A DNA stretch of 64,000 bases from Phyllobates terribilis (Eukaryota), in assembly GCF_046119375.1 (NCBI RefSeq), contig NW_027366894.1:1-64000 (forward strand), written 5' to 3'. Made by a program: the position numbers and the translations under genes. Shown piece by piece: positions 23,971-35,999 of the stretch. The notes beneath the pieces were generated by a model that was not told where the DNA came from, searched no databases, and worked only from the letters and a program-made list of their open reading frames with translations. The first letter of the stretch is position 1, and every line of letters begins with the position of its first letter.

Positions 23971-25640
23971 TGAATATGAGATCATGATAGAATACAACTG
24001 AAGGAAATATTCTATTCTAAAATGATCTTATACGCCAAGTCAAGTTTTTTTTTGGACAACGATGTAAACATGTGATGTGAAAGTTGATATTTTGGGAAAT
24101 GAAATTGTAAGCAGTTGTATTTGGATATTATGAAGCGTGTAAGAATATCATGTCTCATTAGGGTAATGTATTTTGCAAAAACAAAAATATTTTTTTAGAT
24201 ATTATGGTCTCAGAATGTCCCCAAGCATCATTGACAACGAATACCGAGCTTTGTACCCTGATAGCACCAGGAGACAATACTTAACATAAGTCGATAAGTA
24301 TTGTCTCGACACATTTAGAGTGCTCATACCTCAAGGGTCGTGTCTCAGACAGTGAAAGACTCATCATAGACATTTAGGATAAAGGTATATACAACAAGAA
24401 ACAGAGTTTGGGACACCAGGGATGTGAGGTAGTCATAACAACATATTAGGGGACATGTATACAACAGTATATGTTCCATTGCTGCGTAATGGTATAAGGG
24501 ACATACATGGATATATGTATCTGTTATTACAACTACCTAAGGCAAAGAAGACATGACATTTTTTTTAGGTAATGTATTCCATATGTTAAGGTAGATTGGA
24601 CATGCATTGTTCATCATCCATCCCATTGCATACACAAACACAACAATACAACAGAATATGAAATGTCATACAATCAAATCAGGCCACGTAAGAGAAACAA
24701 TACTTCACAACCAACATCACCATATATTACACTTCAAAAAACATAATAGTGTCATAGTTAGGCATGCATAGTATTTGGCCAACCAGGCCCCAAAAAAGGC
24801 CTAGTTCAACCATCCATCGACATAAGTTGTGCAAAATTACTTCATAATCTACATACTGCATAATACTTCAAATAGGACATGTAATCTAAATAGTGTTGCA
24901 CTTAGATGCGGGCTTAGTAGTGAATGTGTCATTGTCACTGCTACTTGTTGACACTAAATCGACCACTTCAAAATTTTTTTCTCTGGCTCGGCATGTACGG
25001 GGGATGGCACAGATTTCTTCCTCCTAGGGGGACTCCACTTCATCCTCATCTGAGATGATAATTAGCTCCGGGCCCTACACACTTAAACCTAGAACAACTG
25101 TGTCTCCTGAGACGACAGAACTATCAGGCATGCATGTGCATATTTCATGTAAGTGCATACCATTCTCGAGCTCGGGGTCATTGGAGCCTAACTGAGATGC
25201 AGACATGACTACACACAAAACAAAACAAAACAAAACAAAAATGAGGGACATGCATGCAGCTGGACATCAATGCGAAAAGTTGTACAAGTATAGTTACATC
25301 TGCATTTAAGGATCCAACTACAAACAAAACCAATCCAGTTCACTTACACATGTAATGCACCAACTAACTCAATATCAAATGCATCATTGACCAAAAAGAG
25401 ACTACGAAAATAGAGCTATCAATATTCAATCCTATGTCAACGACAAACATAGAAACACCCATCTGATCCATACAAACAGGCCATGCAGAATTAATTTAAA
25501 GGAGGACATGCATTCAACATTATTGACTGAAAATGGACATGTGTTCAACAAGAAGGCATGACAAAGGGGCATGCAATCAACCATCATGCAAAGCATTGAG
25601 GTCATTGCACAGATCGAATCAATCATGTTGGGACATCCAG

Positions 25641-25910
25641 TCTAACACATGCAACCAGAGATCAAATTCACACAAAAAACACACATGCATTATTGTTTTC
25701 ACATAATTTCACAACATTTCATAATCACAATCTAACACATGCAACCAGAGATCAAATTCACACAAAAATCCCACACGCATTCCTGTTTTTGTATAATTTC
25801 ACAACAATTCACAATCACAGTCTAACACATGAAACCAGAGATCAAATTTACACAAAACCCCACACGCATTCCTATTTTTTCATAATTTCACAACAGTTCA
25901 CAATCACAGA
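25641..25910. repeat. Three tandem copies of an about 90 bp unit inside the mariner
   Basis: tctaacacatg(c/a)aaccagagatcaaatt at 25641, 25731 and 25822. Confidence 0.9.
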
Positions 25911-26866
25911 GATCCAATCCTACAATTTAAACCCAACCTCAAAGTAAATTAGAAATGTGACAAACAACCCTCTGATTTGTTCATTTGACAGAGCAAAACA
26001 AATGGAAGGGGACATCCATTAGAAAACCGTTATTTTCGAACAAATGGAAGCAGATCGAAGCAAAAGTGGACATCAACAGTCAAAATAAGCCTGCAGGAAC
26101 CCGAAAACCACACCAAAGATCCATAAATTGGACAGATCTAAACATGCAAGGGGACATGCCTTTTGTATCGTCAAAATCAAACACAAAAACAAAGGACATA
26201 AAAGAGGAACAATAAAGGGGGTCTCAATGGCCTTTCAAGCTCAAGAACAGGGGTTTACAAACCGTCGTCAGCCACCAAGGGAGTCGACAAACATATTGTC
26301 CCTTCACAGCAAGTTCAAAAGTCGAACCAAAAACATACTCAAAGTTCCAAAATCGGAATTTCAATGCAAATCAACATAAAAGCGACATATAAACAAGATC
26401 TGGTGAAAAAACCGGTAAAAACTAGATCAAACCCCGCAAAAAAATCTCATTTGGAAACCTCATCAACAAGATACGAACATAAGTGGATATTAAATCGCAA
26501 AAACAGGGGTTCAACACAACAAATGAAGCAAAGATGGAGTGAGGCATGAGATGGAGACATGGAGGAAGAGGGATCAAGCACAAACCGATGGAGAAGTGAG
26601 AGAGATTTGGGAGGGATGTGAGGAAACGGTTGAACCGAAGAGAGAGAACAAAGGAAAATGTTCTAGGTTTAGATGAGTGAGAGTGAGGAGTGAGGTGAGG
26701 GTAAAGGGTATATATACTGGGGGGCAATTTTCGGGTTTTTGTAAAAAAGTGAGGGTATAATGGGTTTTAGAGGGGTTATAAATTAGGTAAAAAATCAGAA
26801 ACAGGAAAAACTTTTTGGGACGACGGAAAAGGAAAGTAGGAAGAACAAAAGGGGACGGAGGGAGTA

Positions 26867-27330
26867 TGTAATGTCGTCTACGGTTGGAGATGCTCAATTG
26901 CATGGAGGAAATGCTTGACCATGCCGGTTTGGGAGGATTTATTGAGGTGGCGGCACCAACGTTCCCCAAGCTGACGAGGGAATTTCTCACTACATTTAAG
27001 GAAGGCAAGGATGATGACACCGATGAGTTGAAAGGGATCTCATTTTCCTACAAGAGGCATATGCGGTTGGTATCGCTTGAACAAATGCGCCAAATTTTCG
27101 GGGTAATAAAGAACCCCACTCCCAACTATGACTCGGCCGTCCAGTCTGGCCCCCAAAACTTCTTTATGATGATCGCAGACGCCCCTCATAGGGGCAAGGA
27201 AGAGTACAACTACAATCTGCAACACCCCTGCTTGCGGCTCGTGCACAAAGTTCCGACAGGTACGTTCTTCAAAAAGGGAGAATTGAACAAGTTCTCCACC
27301 TATGACTTGTGGTACACGTACAACCTGATT
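26867..27330 (+). pseudogene. Athila-type ORF1/env-like protein fragment
   Basis: APTFPKLTREFLTTF and LQHPCLRLVHKV..TFFKKGELNK match the pattern of Athila ORF1-like proteins as recalled; no database search was possible. Confidence 0.65.
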
Positions 27331-28504
27331 GATCTGGGATTAGCCCGTTTTGATGGATCTAGATGAGGTGCTCAAGAACAAATCAGAAATTAAGAGAAAG
27401 TGAAGGAATCGAAATGAAATTGAGATAGTTTTAAGGTGAAACCAAGAGATCCAATAGACAAACCCTAATTGTTCAAGAGACAATTGAACTCACCTACCGA
27501 CCGAACAAGGCAACATAGTCAGTGGCGCTACCGCGTTGGACATCACGCGGCCATTCGAGGAGAAGGTTGGAAATCAGAAACTTTGCACGATCGAGCCCGT
27601 GTTGGGTCGGATAGATCATGGGGCTTCACGAGGGCAGGTCGTTCTGGGCCTTATTTATCTAACTAGTAGGTTTTGATGACAACTTTTATTTTAAGTAGGT
27701 TTAGAGCTGCCTCCATTTCTATCGGAGACAATTTGATATTTTTCTACGTACTTGGGAGGACTATGCATCACTAGTTTCCTTTCATTTTGTTAAATCGTTG
27801 AAACCTTCAGATTAGCGTGGTTGTAAGACTTATACCTTTGTTCTAATTCATAATCTAAGTTGTTTCATCTCTCTTGTGTTAATTATTTATTGAATTGAAT
27901 TTATCTGTCTAGATAGGCCTCCTAGGTAGATTAGATTGATTCATAGTGCTAGGTCTGACTTGTCCGAGTTAGAAAGTCTTACCATTAGGTAGCAAAACAA
28001 TTGCACGATCTAGTTGAACTTGTGATTGTAGAGAGAGTTGATTGCATGTTAAATATCGACCTTGAGTCAATGGTACTGCATGCACCTATTTATTCATGAG
28101 TTTATTGTTGCTAGGTTATTAAAGCCTGATAGTTTCATGGTAGTAGCTTTGTAAGGGCTATTAGGACTAGTTGAACTAATAGCTATATCAAAACAAGGAT
28201 TAGGACAATTATATGAAGTGTTGAACTTAGGATTAATAGTGGTCAAGGATCAACCTACTAATATTTTGTGTGGATGACTATTGAACAAAGTGTGTTTTCC
28301 TATTTTTTTTCTTGTATTCATTATAGATTAGTTCATGAAAACCCCACTTTTGGTTACTTTATCCGTTAATCATATTAACTACATAGAACGAAATCCCTAA
28401 CTCCCTGTGGGATCGACCCTTTCTTACCACTGTACTAGCTAGAGTAGTTGGATAGGTAATTTATATTTGATTGAGCATTACAAAGCACATTTTGTGGCTC
28501 GTCA
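27330..28504 (+). mobile_element. Athila-like LTR, 5' boundary uncertain
   Basis: Typical 3' part ctccctgtgggatcgaccc...gctcgtCA. Shares sequence in inverted orientation with about 35050-35100. Confidence 0.6.
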
Positions 28505-29179
28505 ACTTCCCATGGAGTTTTTGATTGGAATTCGCAGAGACAACCATTCCATGAAGTTCCTTAATGAAAGTGTGGATCGTGTGTTTTATGTACTTAATCT
28601 AACTAAAGAATGGTTCTTTTGTGCGGAAAAGATTAAGACTTTTAAGGCAATGAATTCAAAACGAATTTCTTTATTGATTCTCTTAGAGTTTACAACTTCA
28701 AGGCGAATACACAGTTCTTAGTTCGTCTTCCTAAACTCTCCTGGATATTGCCTAACTCTAAATCAACAAAGATAACCTCAATGGTGAACAACAACATCTA
28801 ATCCGTTAAACTAAGCTATTTATACTAAAGGCATAATCATGAGGAACTAATCTATTAAAAGCTATGTAATCTAATTAAATAATACTATGAATCGTAATAG
28901 AAACTCAAAGATAACAAAGTAGCTCTAACAACCTAGATTGCGGATCTAGGAGATCTCGTGTAAACTCCTATCTTTCCCTTTATAGGAATTGGTAAGATAT
29001 CTTTCCTCTTTTACCCGTTCGGTTCCCTTCCTTGTCACTCAGTTCTCTTCAGCGTTGTTAATACCTCAGCGCTATCGGGTATGAAATACCTCTGGTAGTG
29101 AAGCTAAAGTGATCTAGACGGATAGATCTTGATATGCGGGGGCTCCTCTAGTAGACTAGTATAGTGTGTAATGCCAGGG

Positions 29180-32100
29180 GATACTTCTTTACAGTCTGCA
29201 CGGTCGTGTTTGCCATGGATACTGCCTCTATCCACTTCATAAAGTATTCGACAACTATGATATACTCGAGTTTTCCTGGTGCTTTGGGTAAAGGCCCCAG
29301 GAGGTCTATTCCCACATGGCAAATGGGCATGCCCACTTATGATTTGTAATTCTACCCGGGCTGGTGAGAAGCCGGTGCATGGAATTGGCACGACTTGCAC
29401 ATTCTCGCAATTTGTTGTGTGTCAACGCACTTGTGAGCCAGAAATGTCCATGCCGGAGTGCTTTTTGTACTAGGGCTCGCCAACCAGCGTGCGTGCCGCA
29501 TAAGCGACGTGTAATTCGATTAGCGTGCTTTGCCCTCCTCCTCGAATAGGCACCGGAGTTCTCTACGTGAGAAGTTGTGCTTGTAAAGTTGACCTTTGTT
29601 TATTTAGAATCTATCCGATTGGACCTCTAGTCTCCTTCTTTCCTTGGCATCGACAGTGATATTTCCGGCTAGGTAGTTGAGGATGGGGGTACGCCAATCA
29701 CTAAGTGGTGTATCGACTGTGAGCGTTGCCGCTAGCTTTACTATGGATCTTTTTCCTTGTGTTTGGACCACACCTTGTCCTTGTTTTGCTTGGGCAGTAG
29801 GTTGGAAGGCTTGATTTGAGAGGCCATATGTGCTAGTCTGTTGGCTTATTCGTTCTGTTCCCGAGGTATGGATTTGATGAGAAAATGCTTGAACAAGGAA
29901 ATGAGGGCCATGACTCGATTGTGGTATTTTGGGAGGGTACCCGTCTTGGCTTCATAGGTGTCCTGGACCTAGTGTACCACTACCTCAGAGTCACATAAGC
30001 ATTCTAGCCGCTCATAGGCACTTGTGAGAACGATTTCGAGTTCGACAATTAGGGTCTCGTACTTTGCCTCATTGTTTTTTGGCCTTAAAGTTCAAGGTAA
30101 TGTCAAATTCTGTTATATCCCCACCGTTTTTACACAACACAACCCCGGATTCGCATCCCTTAATGTTAACGACTCCATCCATGTGTAAGGTCCACACCTC
30201 ATGGCTAAGGTCGGGTTCAATGGGTGATTCTTCCTGAAAGCTTGTTTCGAGAAAGAAATCGGCTAGGGTCTGTTCTTTGATAGTTGGTCTGGGCCTGTAC
30301 TGGATATCGAAATCGGATAGCTCAATGGCCCTTCGAGTAAGTCTTCCGGACAAAGTTAGTCGGTGGAGGAGACTTTGTAGTGGAAAGCTGGACAACACTT
30401 GCACGGGATGTGCGTGAAGTTATGGTCTGAGCCTTCTTACTGCTATCACTGAGGCGTATGCGATTTTTTCCACTGGGCAGTACCTTGCTTCCGTGGATTT
30501 CAGTGCCTTGCTAGTGAAGTAGATGAGAATTATTCTCTTCTTGAACGAGTACAACGCTGATAACCCTAGTGCCCCCCAGCTAGATAGAGCTGTAACTCCT
30601 TGCCGGCTACAGGCGCGGCTAGCGTTTAGCGTGGCCAGATGCCTCTTCAACTCTTTGAACGCGGTGGCACATTCTGTAGTCCATGTAAAACCTTTCGAGT
30701 TAAGAAGGATGTCAAAAAATGGCAAGTTGTGTTCGGCTAGTCTTGCACAGAAATGAATTAGATAGTTCACCGACCCAATAGCCTCTACACCTCGTTTATG
30801 CTACGCGGTGGAGAGACGTAAATTGTTGCTTTTACTTTGTCGGGGTTTACGTCTATGCCTCTGGAACTGATCATGAAACCTAGAAACTTTCCTTCGGTTA
30901 CACCAAACACACATTTGTCCAAGTTGAGGCACATGCCTTACTTCCAGAGAGAGTTGAAGACATCTGCTAGATCGGCTACATGATTGGACTGTCACTTGCT
31001 TTTAATGACTATGTTTTCAAGGTAGGCCTCTACAGTCTTGCCTAGTTGGGCGCGGAACATGAGGTCCACTAATCTCTGGAATGTGACCCCCGCATTTTTT
31101 AGCCCGAACGACATGACTTTGTAACAAAAGGTCCCCTTGTCGGTGATAAAGGCGGTGTGCTCGACATCGAACGGGTACATTAGTACTTGGTTGTAGACGG
31201 AATATGCATCGAGGAAGCTCAATGCTTCATGCCTGGCTGTAAAGTCGACTAGCTGGTCAATATCAGGTAACAAGTAGTTGTCTTTTGGACACGCCTTGTT
31301 GAGATCTGTGAAGTCAACGCACATCCGCCACTTCCCTTTTGGTTAGGGGTATCATGACCATGTTGGATAGCCAAGTTGGGTATTGGACAGGCTCTACGAA
31401 TCCATCCTTGAGCAGCTTGGCTAACTCCTCTCGAACTGCCTTGTTCTTCTTACCAGCCTGCCTTACGCTTGCACTTCTTTTTGGCTTGATACCAGGGCAA
31501 TGGCTAAGGAATGTGTCATGACCTGGGGGGTATGCCTTTTAAGTCCTTTGGGTTCCATGCAAAGATATCTTGGGAGTTCCTTAACATGCTTTGATGGCGT
31601 CATCGACTTCTGTGGCTAGACGGCCACCGACATTAGCCGCTCCGGATTTTCAAATAAAATGACATCCTCTTTAGAAAAATCGAGGAAGGCCGGCTTATCT
31701 AGTGTATCTTCTCTGTTCCGATGTGGCTCGCGCACCTCGAGGTTGGCTTTGTCTTCGGGGGCAAGATTTCCCAAGAATAAGAGCTGGTTGGCCATTACCG
31801 CTTGTTGGACTCCCCATTCGGATGAGACATAGCATGTCTTGCTCTCAATAACATTGTCGTGGATTGTACCTTCTTTCCTGGAAACTGGGAACTTTAAGTT
31901 AAAAATGGCATATTAATATGACTGCTTCAAACTTGAATAAATATGCATGTCCTAGGAGAGCATTGTAGGAGGAAGTACTGGGCACATCTATGAAGTTGAT
32001 GGATTCCTTGCGTTTTAGATCTTCTTCTTGACCGAACACCATCTCCAGGGTTATGACGCCTAAAGCCTTAACACGCTCCCCACCAAAACCGACTAAAGTA

Positions 32101-32400
32101 TAACTGGTAGGGGTAGGTTAGTCTTCTCAAAGTCGAGCTTCTGGAATGCATCCCAATATAAAATGTCGGATGAGCTGCCGGAGTCGACTAGGACACGCTT
32201 GACCATCTTGATACCCAATTGCACATGTATGACCAACGAGTTCATGGCAATTTTGGCCCAGTCGTTCACTTCGTGGTGGTGGAAGGTGAGTTGGTATGGT
32301 CGTCGTGCTATGATGTTGACGACAAGCACATGGGCTCCAGGTGGTGGGGTGGCATTTTGCATTCTCCGTATCTCAGATCGACTTCGAGGGGAAGTCACAT
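29180..32400 (-). pseudogene. Tat pol (protease, RT, RNase H, additional RNase H, partial integrase)
   Basis: ORF fragments 32093-32398, 30992-31324, 30420-30770, 30069-30404 and 29148-29336 (GIDLLGPLPKA..KWIEA). Confidence 0.88.
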
Positions 32401-32479
32401 GCCTCCTTGTAATGGTGCCAACGTAGCCGTCGGGATCTGGAAATTGGTTGGGGTCTCGATTATCGGTGGGGATCGGTTT

Positions 32480-34121
32480 TGGCGCTATTTTCCCCGACCT
32501 TTCTTGTTGGTGGTCAACCCATTAGATTTTGGTTCTCTCTCTTGCTCCATGACCCTGCAATCGCGAGCATCGTGTTTGCCATTTGGGGTGCCTCGGGCAC
32601 TGTTGGAAATCTCCAGATTGTTGGGGTTGCTCTCTAGGCAGGTGGGGTTGTCGGCACTTGTCCCTCTGCTCATTAACCATTACACGTTGAGGGAATCGTG
32701 GTTGAGTCTGTGAGGGTTGATCGACCTTTGTTCTCGTAGCCAGGAGAGTGGTTTCGGTGTCCCTTGCCATGCTGCTTGCTCTTATTCCACCCCTTGTCAT
32801 ATCGACTTTGTCATTATCATCGGTCGTTGGGTTGCTGATGATGCCATTCATCTCCTCAAAGAAAATGAACTCACGGGACCGCTCTAATGCCTGCTCGTAG
32901 GTGAGATATTGCTTGCGCCCGATGTAATTCTTGAAGGGAGAATGATCACAAAGCCCGGATAGGAGTACCATTTTTTCATTGTCGCCGCTGAAATCTTGGG
33001 TCTGTATGGCGTGCACTGATAAACGCTTTAAGGAAAGCATTGAGCAATTTTCCTGCTCGTTGTCAAATGTTCATGGCGGCTTGAATGGAGACCGTTCACT
33101 CTGCTGGGAGCTGAAGTGCTGGAGGAAACAAGCCTCGAGATTGGTGAAATAGTTAATGCATAAGGGTGGTAAGCTTAGCATCCAAGTGAGTGTGGACCGG
33201 ATAGAGTGTTCGGGAAACCCTTGCACATTAGAGCATCAGAAGCTCCACTCACTATCATGGCATAACGGTATCGGCTATACGCTCCCGAGGATCTTTGACT
33301 CTTGTGTAATCCTTGAGCTGGGGGTACTTAAATTATTTGTAAGGGATGAAGTTGATTATGTGGTCGGCAAACGCTGTCGTACCATACATGGTGGAAGTGG
33401 GTGGCGCTGGGTAGAACGAACTCGGGGCTTGATATGGATTGGTATGCGGATGCGAGAAGTATGAGTATTGGGACTGTGGCTTGGGCATATGATAGGAATG
33501 CCTTATTCTGTAGATAGGTGGAACCTAGGGTATGTGATGCGCTTGCCTTGACGGGTGGGCCGGAGGGGCCTCGTTCATATGATGTCTCGATGGGTAGGGT
33601 GAGAATCGGGTAGGATATGGGGTCTTGCGTCCCGGGGCGTGGGGAACGTAGTCAGGATCTGCCTCTATCTCTTGCGTACTGACCGCCACGAGGCCTGGTA
33701 GGCCTCGTATTCACTCTCCAGTTGTGGAGTCGGCTCTGGTTCCTTCGGGGGACCTCTTGTCTTGTCCTTTACGTCCTCGAAGGGCTCACTCTAGTCAGTA
33801 TGGGAGGATCTTTGGGTACCATCAGGGCCTTTCTTTTCCTCTATGCGTTTTTCCATGCTTTGATGGCTTCCACCTCCTCGTCCGGGAGCCACTCTTCATC
33901 ACCTGGCGTACTGGTGCTAGTTGTGCCTGGGTATGGCATGTGTGACGACGTGCGTGGAGGCGCGTGTGGTGGCACGTGTGGTGGCGCGCGCAGTGGTGCA
34001 TGGGGTGTTGCACTGGGTGGAGTTTTTGCGCTGGTGTCCATCGCCGGATTGTGAGGTTGATTTCGATTGTGAGCCTCGGCTCCTCATTACCATATGTGAT
34101 TTCACTTAGGAAGACCACCAT
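32480..34121 (-). pseudogene. Tat gag, fragmented
   Basis: ORF fragments ending HPKWQTRC and HDARDC (knuckle-like), Pro/His-rich N-terminal repeats, located just downstream of the PBS. Confidence 0.7.
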
Positions 34122-34174
34122 GTTTCTCTGATTTTGATCTAGTTTCGTGAGAAAGTTTCCACAGAAGGCGCCAA

Positions 34175-34854
34175 TGTTAATACCTTAGGGTGATCGGGTA
34201 TGAAATACCTCTGGTAGCGAAGATAAGGAGATCTAGACGGATAGATCTCGAGATGCGGGACTCCTCCAGTATAGTGTGTAATGGATCTTCAGATAGAGCG
34301 ATGGATCTTCGGATGAAGTGGTGGATCTTGCCTCCAAACCTGCAAAGCCAAGCTCGGGGAGATTATACCCCGAATTTGACTCTCCGATGCTTAAGTCAAT
34401 GAATATCCATGAGGGATTAAAGAGGATTTGATTAGAAAAGGTGTTCAAAGAAAGAGTGATTGGAATTCGGCTACAAGGATTTGTAATCAATTATCTTGAT
34501 CCTACCCGAAAATGGACGAATCTATTGAATGTCAGAAAATAACATTGTTCGGTTGTATGTTACTTTCTTTATAACTGTAAAAAGGGTTTCAGAGAGAGGG
34601 AACCTATCGTCAACCTGTGTGTTATGTATAGCTTGTAAATGTGTGGGTCCCCTTTATGACGTTGTTTGACTATACGTTAAGGCCCTTTTTTATGACGTCG
34701 TTCGACTGCACGTTAAAGCCCCTCTTTATGACGTTGCTTGACCGTACGTTACTCATGTGTGGGCCTTCCTCCTACACCTTGGGCTAAAGGAGTTTATGAC
34801 TTAATCGGTAAGCCGGCTTTGTGGATACCTATCATGGTTGGGCCGGGCCCGACA
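34175..34854 (-). mobile_element. 5' LTR (680 bp) of the Tat element
   Basis: Its first about 110 bp on the + strand match 29056-29178. Adjacent PBS. Confidence 0.88.
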
Positions 34855-34979
34855 AGTGCGTCACTCCCTTGGTGTTATTTGTAACCATAGTTGCTCGGTT
34901 CCCTAACTCTTGGTGAAGCGCTTTAAGCTCGTTGTTTCTCGCGGGTATCCACACAACGAAATGGTTGGTTTGATCATAG

Positions 34980-35960
34980 ACTTCCTAATTGCTAATCGAG
35001 TTCATCCTATCAATTTATATATTATGATTGTCCTAATCCTTGTTCCTAAATAGCTAATTAAGTCAACTAGCCCTAATAGCCCTTACCTACAAATCCAACC
35101 CTAAAACTATTAAGACTTTCTCCTAGGCAGCATAAAGCACAAGAATAGATAGGAAGATGCAGTGTCACTTGGCTACTAACACCTCATTACCCTCCACACA
35201 ACTACAAGCCCAACTAGTTCAAGTAATTGATTTGCTACTAATTACGCAAGGTTCTCCAACTAGGATAAACCAGGCCCTAGCTATATGAAATAGATCTATA
35301 GACCTAGGTGATCAATCTAGATAAACAAATCATAATCAATAAATAATATAAGCAAGAGGACAAAACAATTCAAATAACATATCTTTATTAAGAAGTCTAC
35401 AAACCAACCATCCGCAAGCTCCTACCTGGAGAACAATGAGAACTCTCTCTACAAACTCCCTAAATTAACTAGAACTAAGCATGGGAAGGAGGCAGAGCTC
35501 TCATCCTTTATTTGTAGAAGAAGGAAACCCTAGAAACAACCTACCCGAAACTACATAAAAAAATAGGTAAAAGGCCCAAAGAAAGCACGCAGAAGAAAAG
35601 TATTCCGCGACACGAACCCTACGCGGGCGCGGGCGCAACGATGTGGGTGCGGTCGCGCCCACCTCCAGTAGACTCGACGCGGTCGCGCCAAAGTGGACGC
35701 AGTCGCGCTGCTCAGTCATCTTGGCACGGGCGTGCCCTGGCCCATATGCTCCAGCGCGGCTGCGTCTTGTTGTGTGTGTGACTTTACTTCGTCCTTTGTC
35801 TATATTCTCTTCGGTCTTCTTCCGAAAGCTTGTAATCCTCGTATTTAACCATTTTGCTTTGCGGGGTCCGGACTACGGTAATACGCTCTAAATCATGGCC
35901 ATTTTTTCTATAAACGATGCTTATGACCACTTATTACACCGAATTAGACATCGCTCATCA
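34980..35960 (-). mobile_element. Athila-like LTR fragment
   Basis: Minus strand starts TGATGAGCGATG at 35960. Internal segment is the reverse complement homolog of 28140-28185. Confidence 0.55.
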
Positions 35961-35999
35961 CATGGCGATCAACTTCACTCACTCCAAGCTTGTTAAAAA

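Larger units (their letters stand above)
21997..26864 (+). mobile_element. Tc1/mariner-like element (plant DD39D), 4868 bp
   Basis: TA on both sides (21995-96, 26865-66). Stowaway-type TIRs (cttcatctgtccc... / ...gggacggagggag). Internal transposase. Confidence 0.9.
29056..34854 (-). mobile_element. Ty3/Gypsy Tat-clade LTR retrotransposon with an internal 3' deletion
   Basis: 5' LTR 34175-34854 (TG..CA) and PBS TGGCGCC at 34167-34173. gag, protease VLVDSGSS, RT MCVDFTDLNKACPKD, RNase H, a second RNase H (WTLHMDG), then integrase. Only 29056-29178 of the 3' LTR remains. Degenerate 5-bp TSD. Confidence 0.9.
28571..34950 (-). mobile_element. SIRE-family LTR (28571-29055 plus 34855-about 34950) split by a Tat insertion
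   Basis: Starts tgtggatc and aligns to LTR 7617-8383. The motif ttcagcgcgtcactccc is interrupted by the nested element. Confidence 0.8.

Noticed and set aside
25641-25910. Regularly spaced repeats as a CRISPR-like array
   Set aside because: Whole units are homologous with no unique spacers; eukaryotic TE context with no cas genes.
33722-34121. Cluster of GC-rich ORFs on both strands as a novel gene
   Set aside because: Explained by the repetitive Pro/His-rich N-terminus of the Tat gag.
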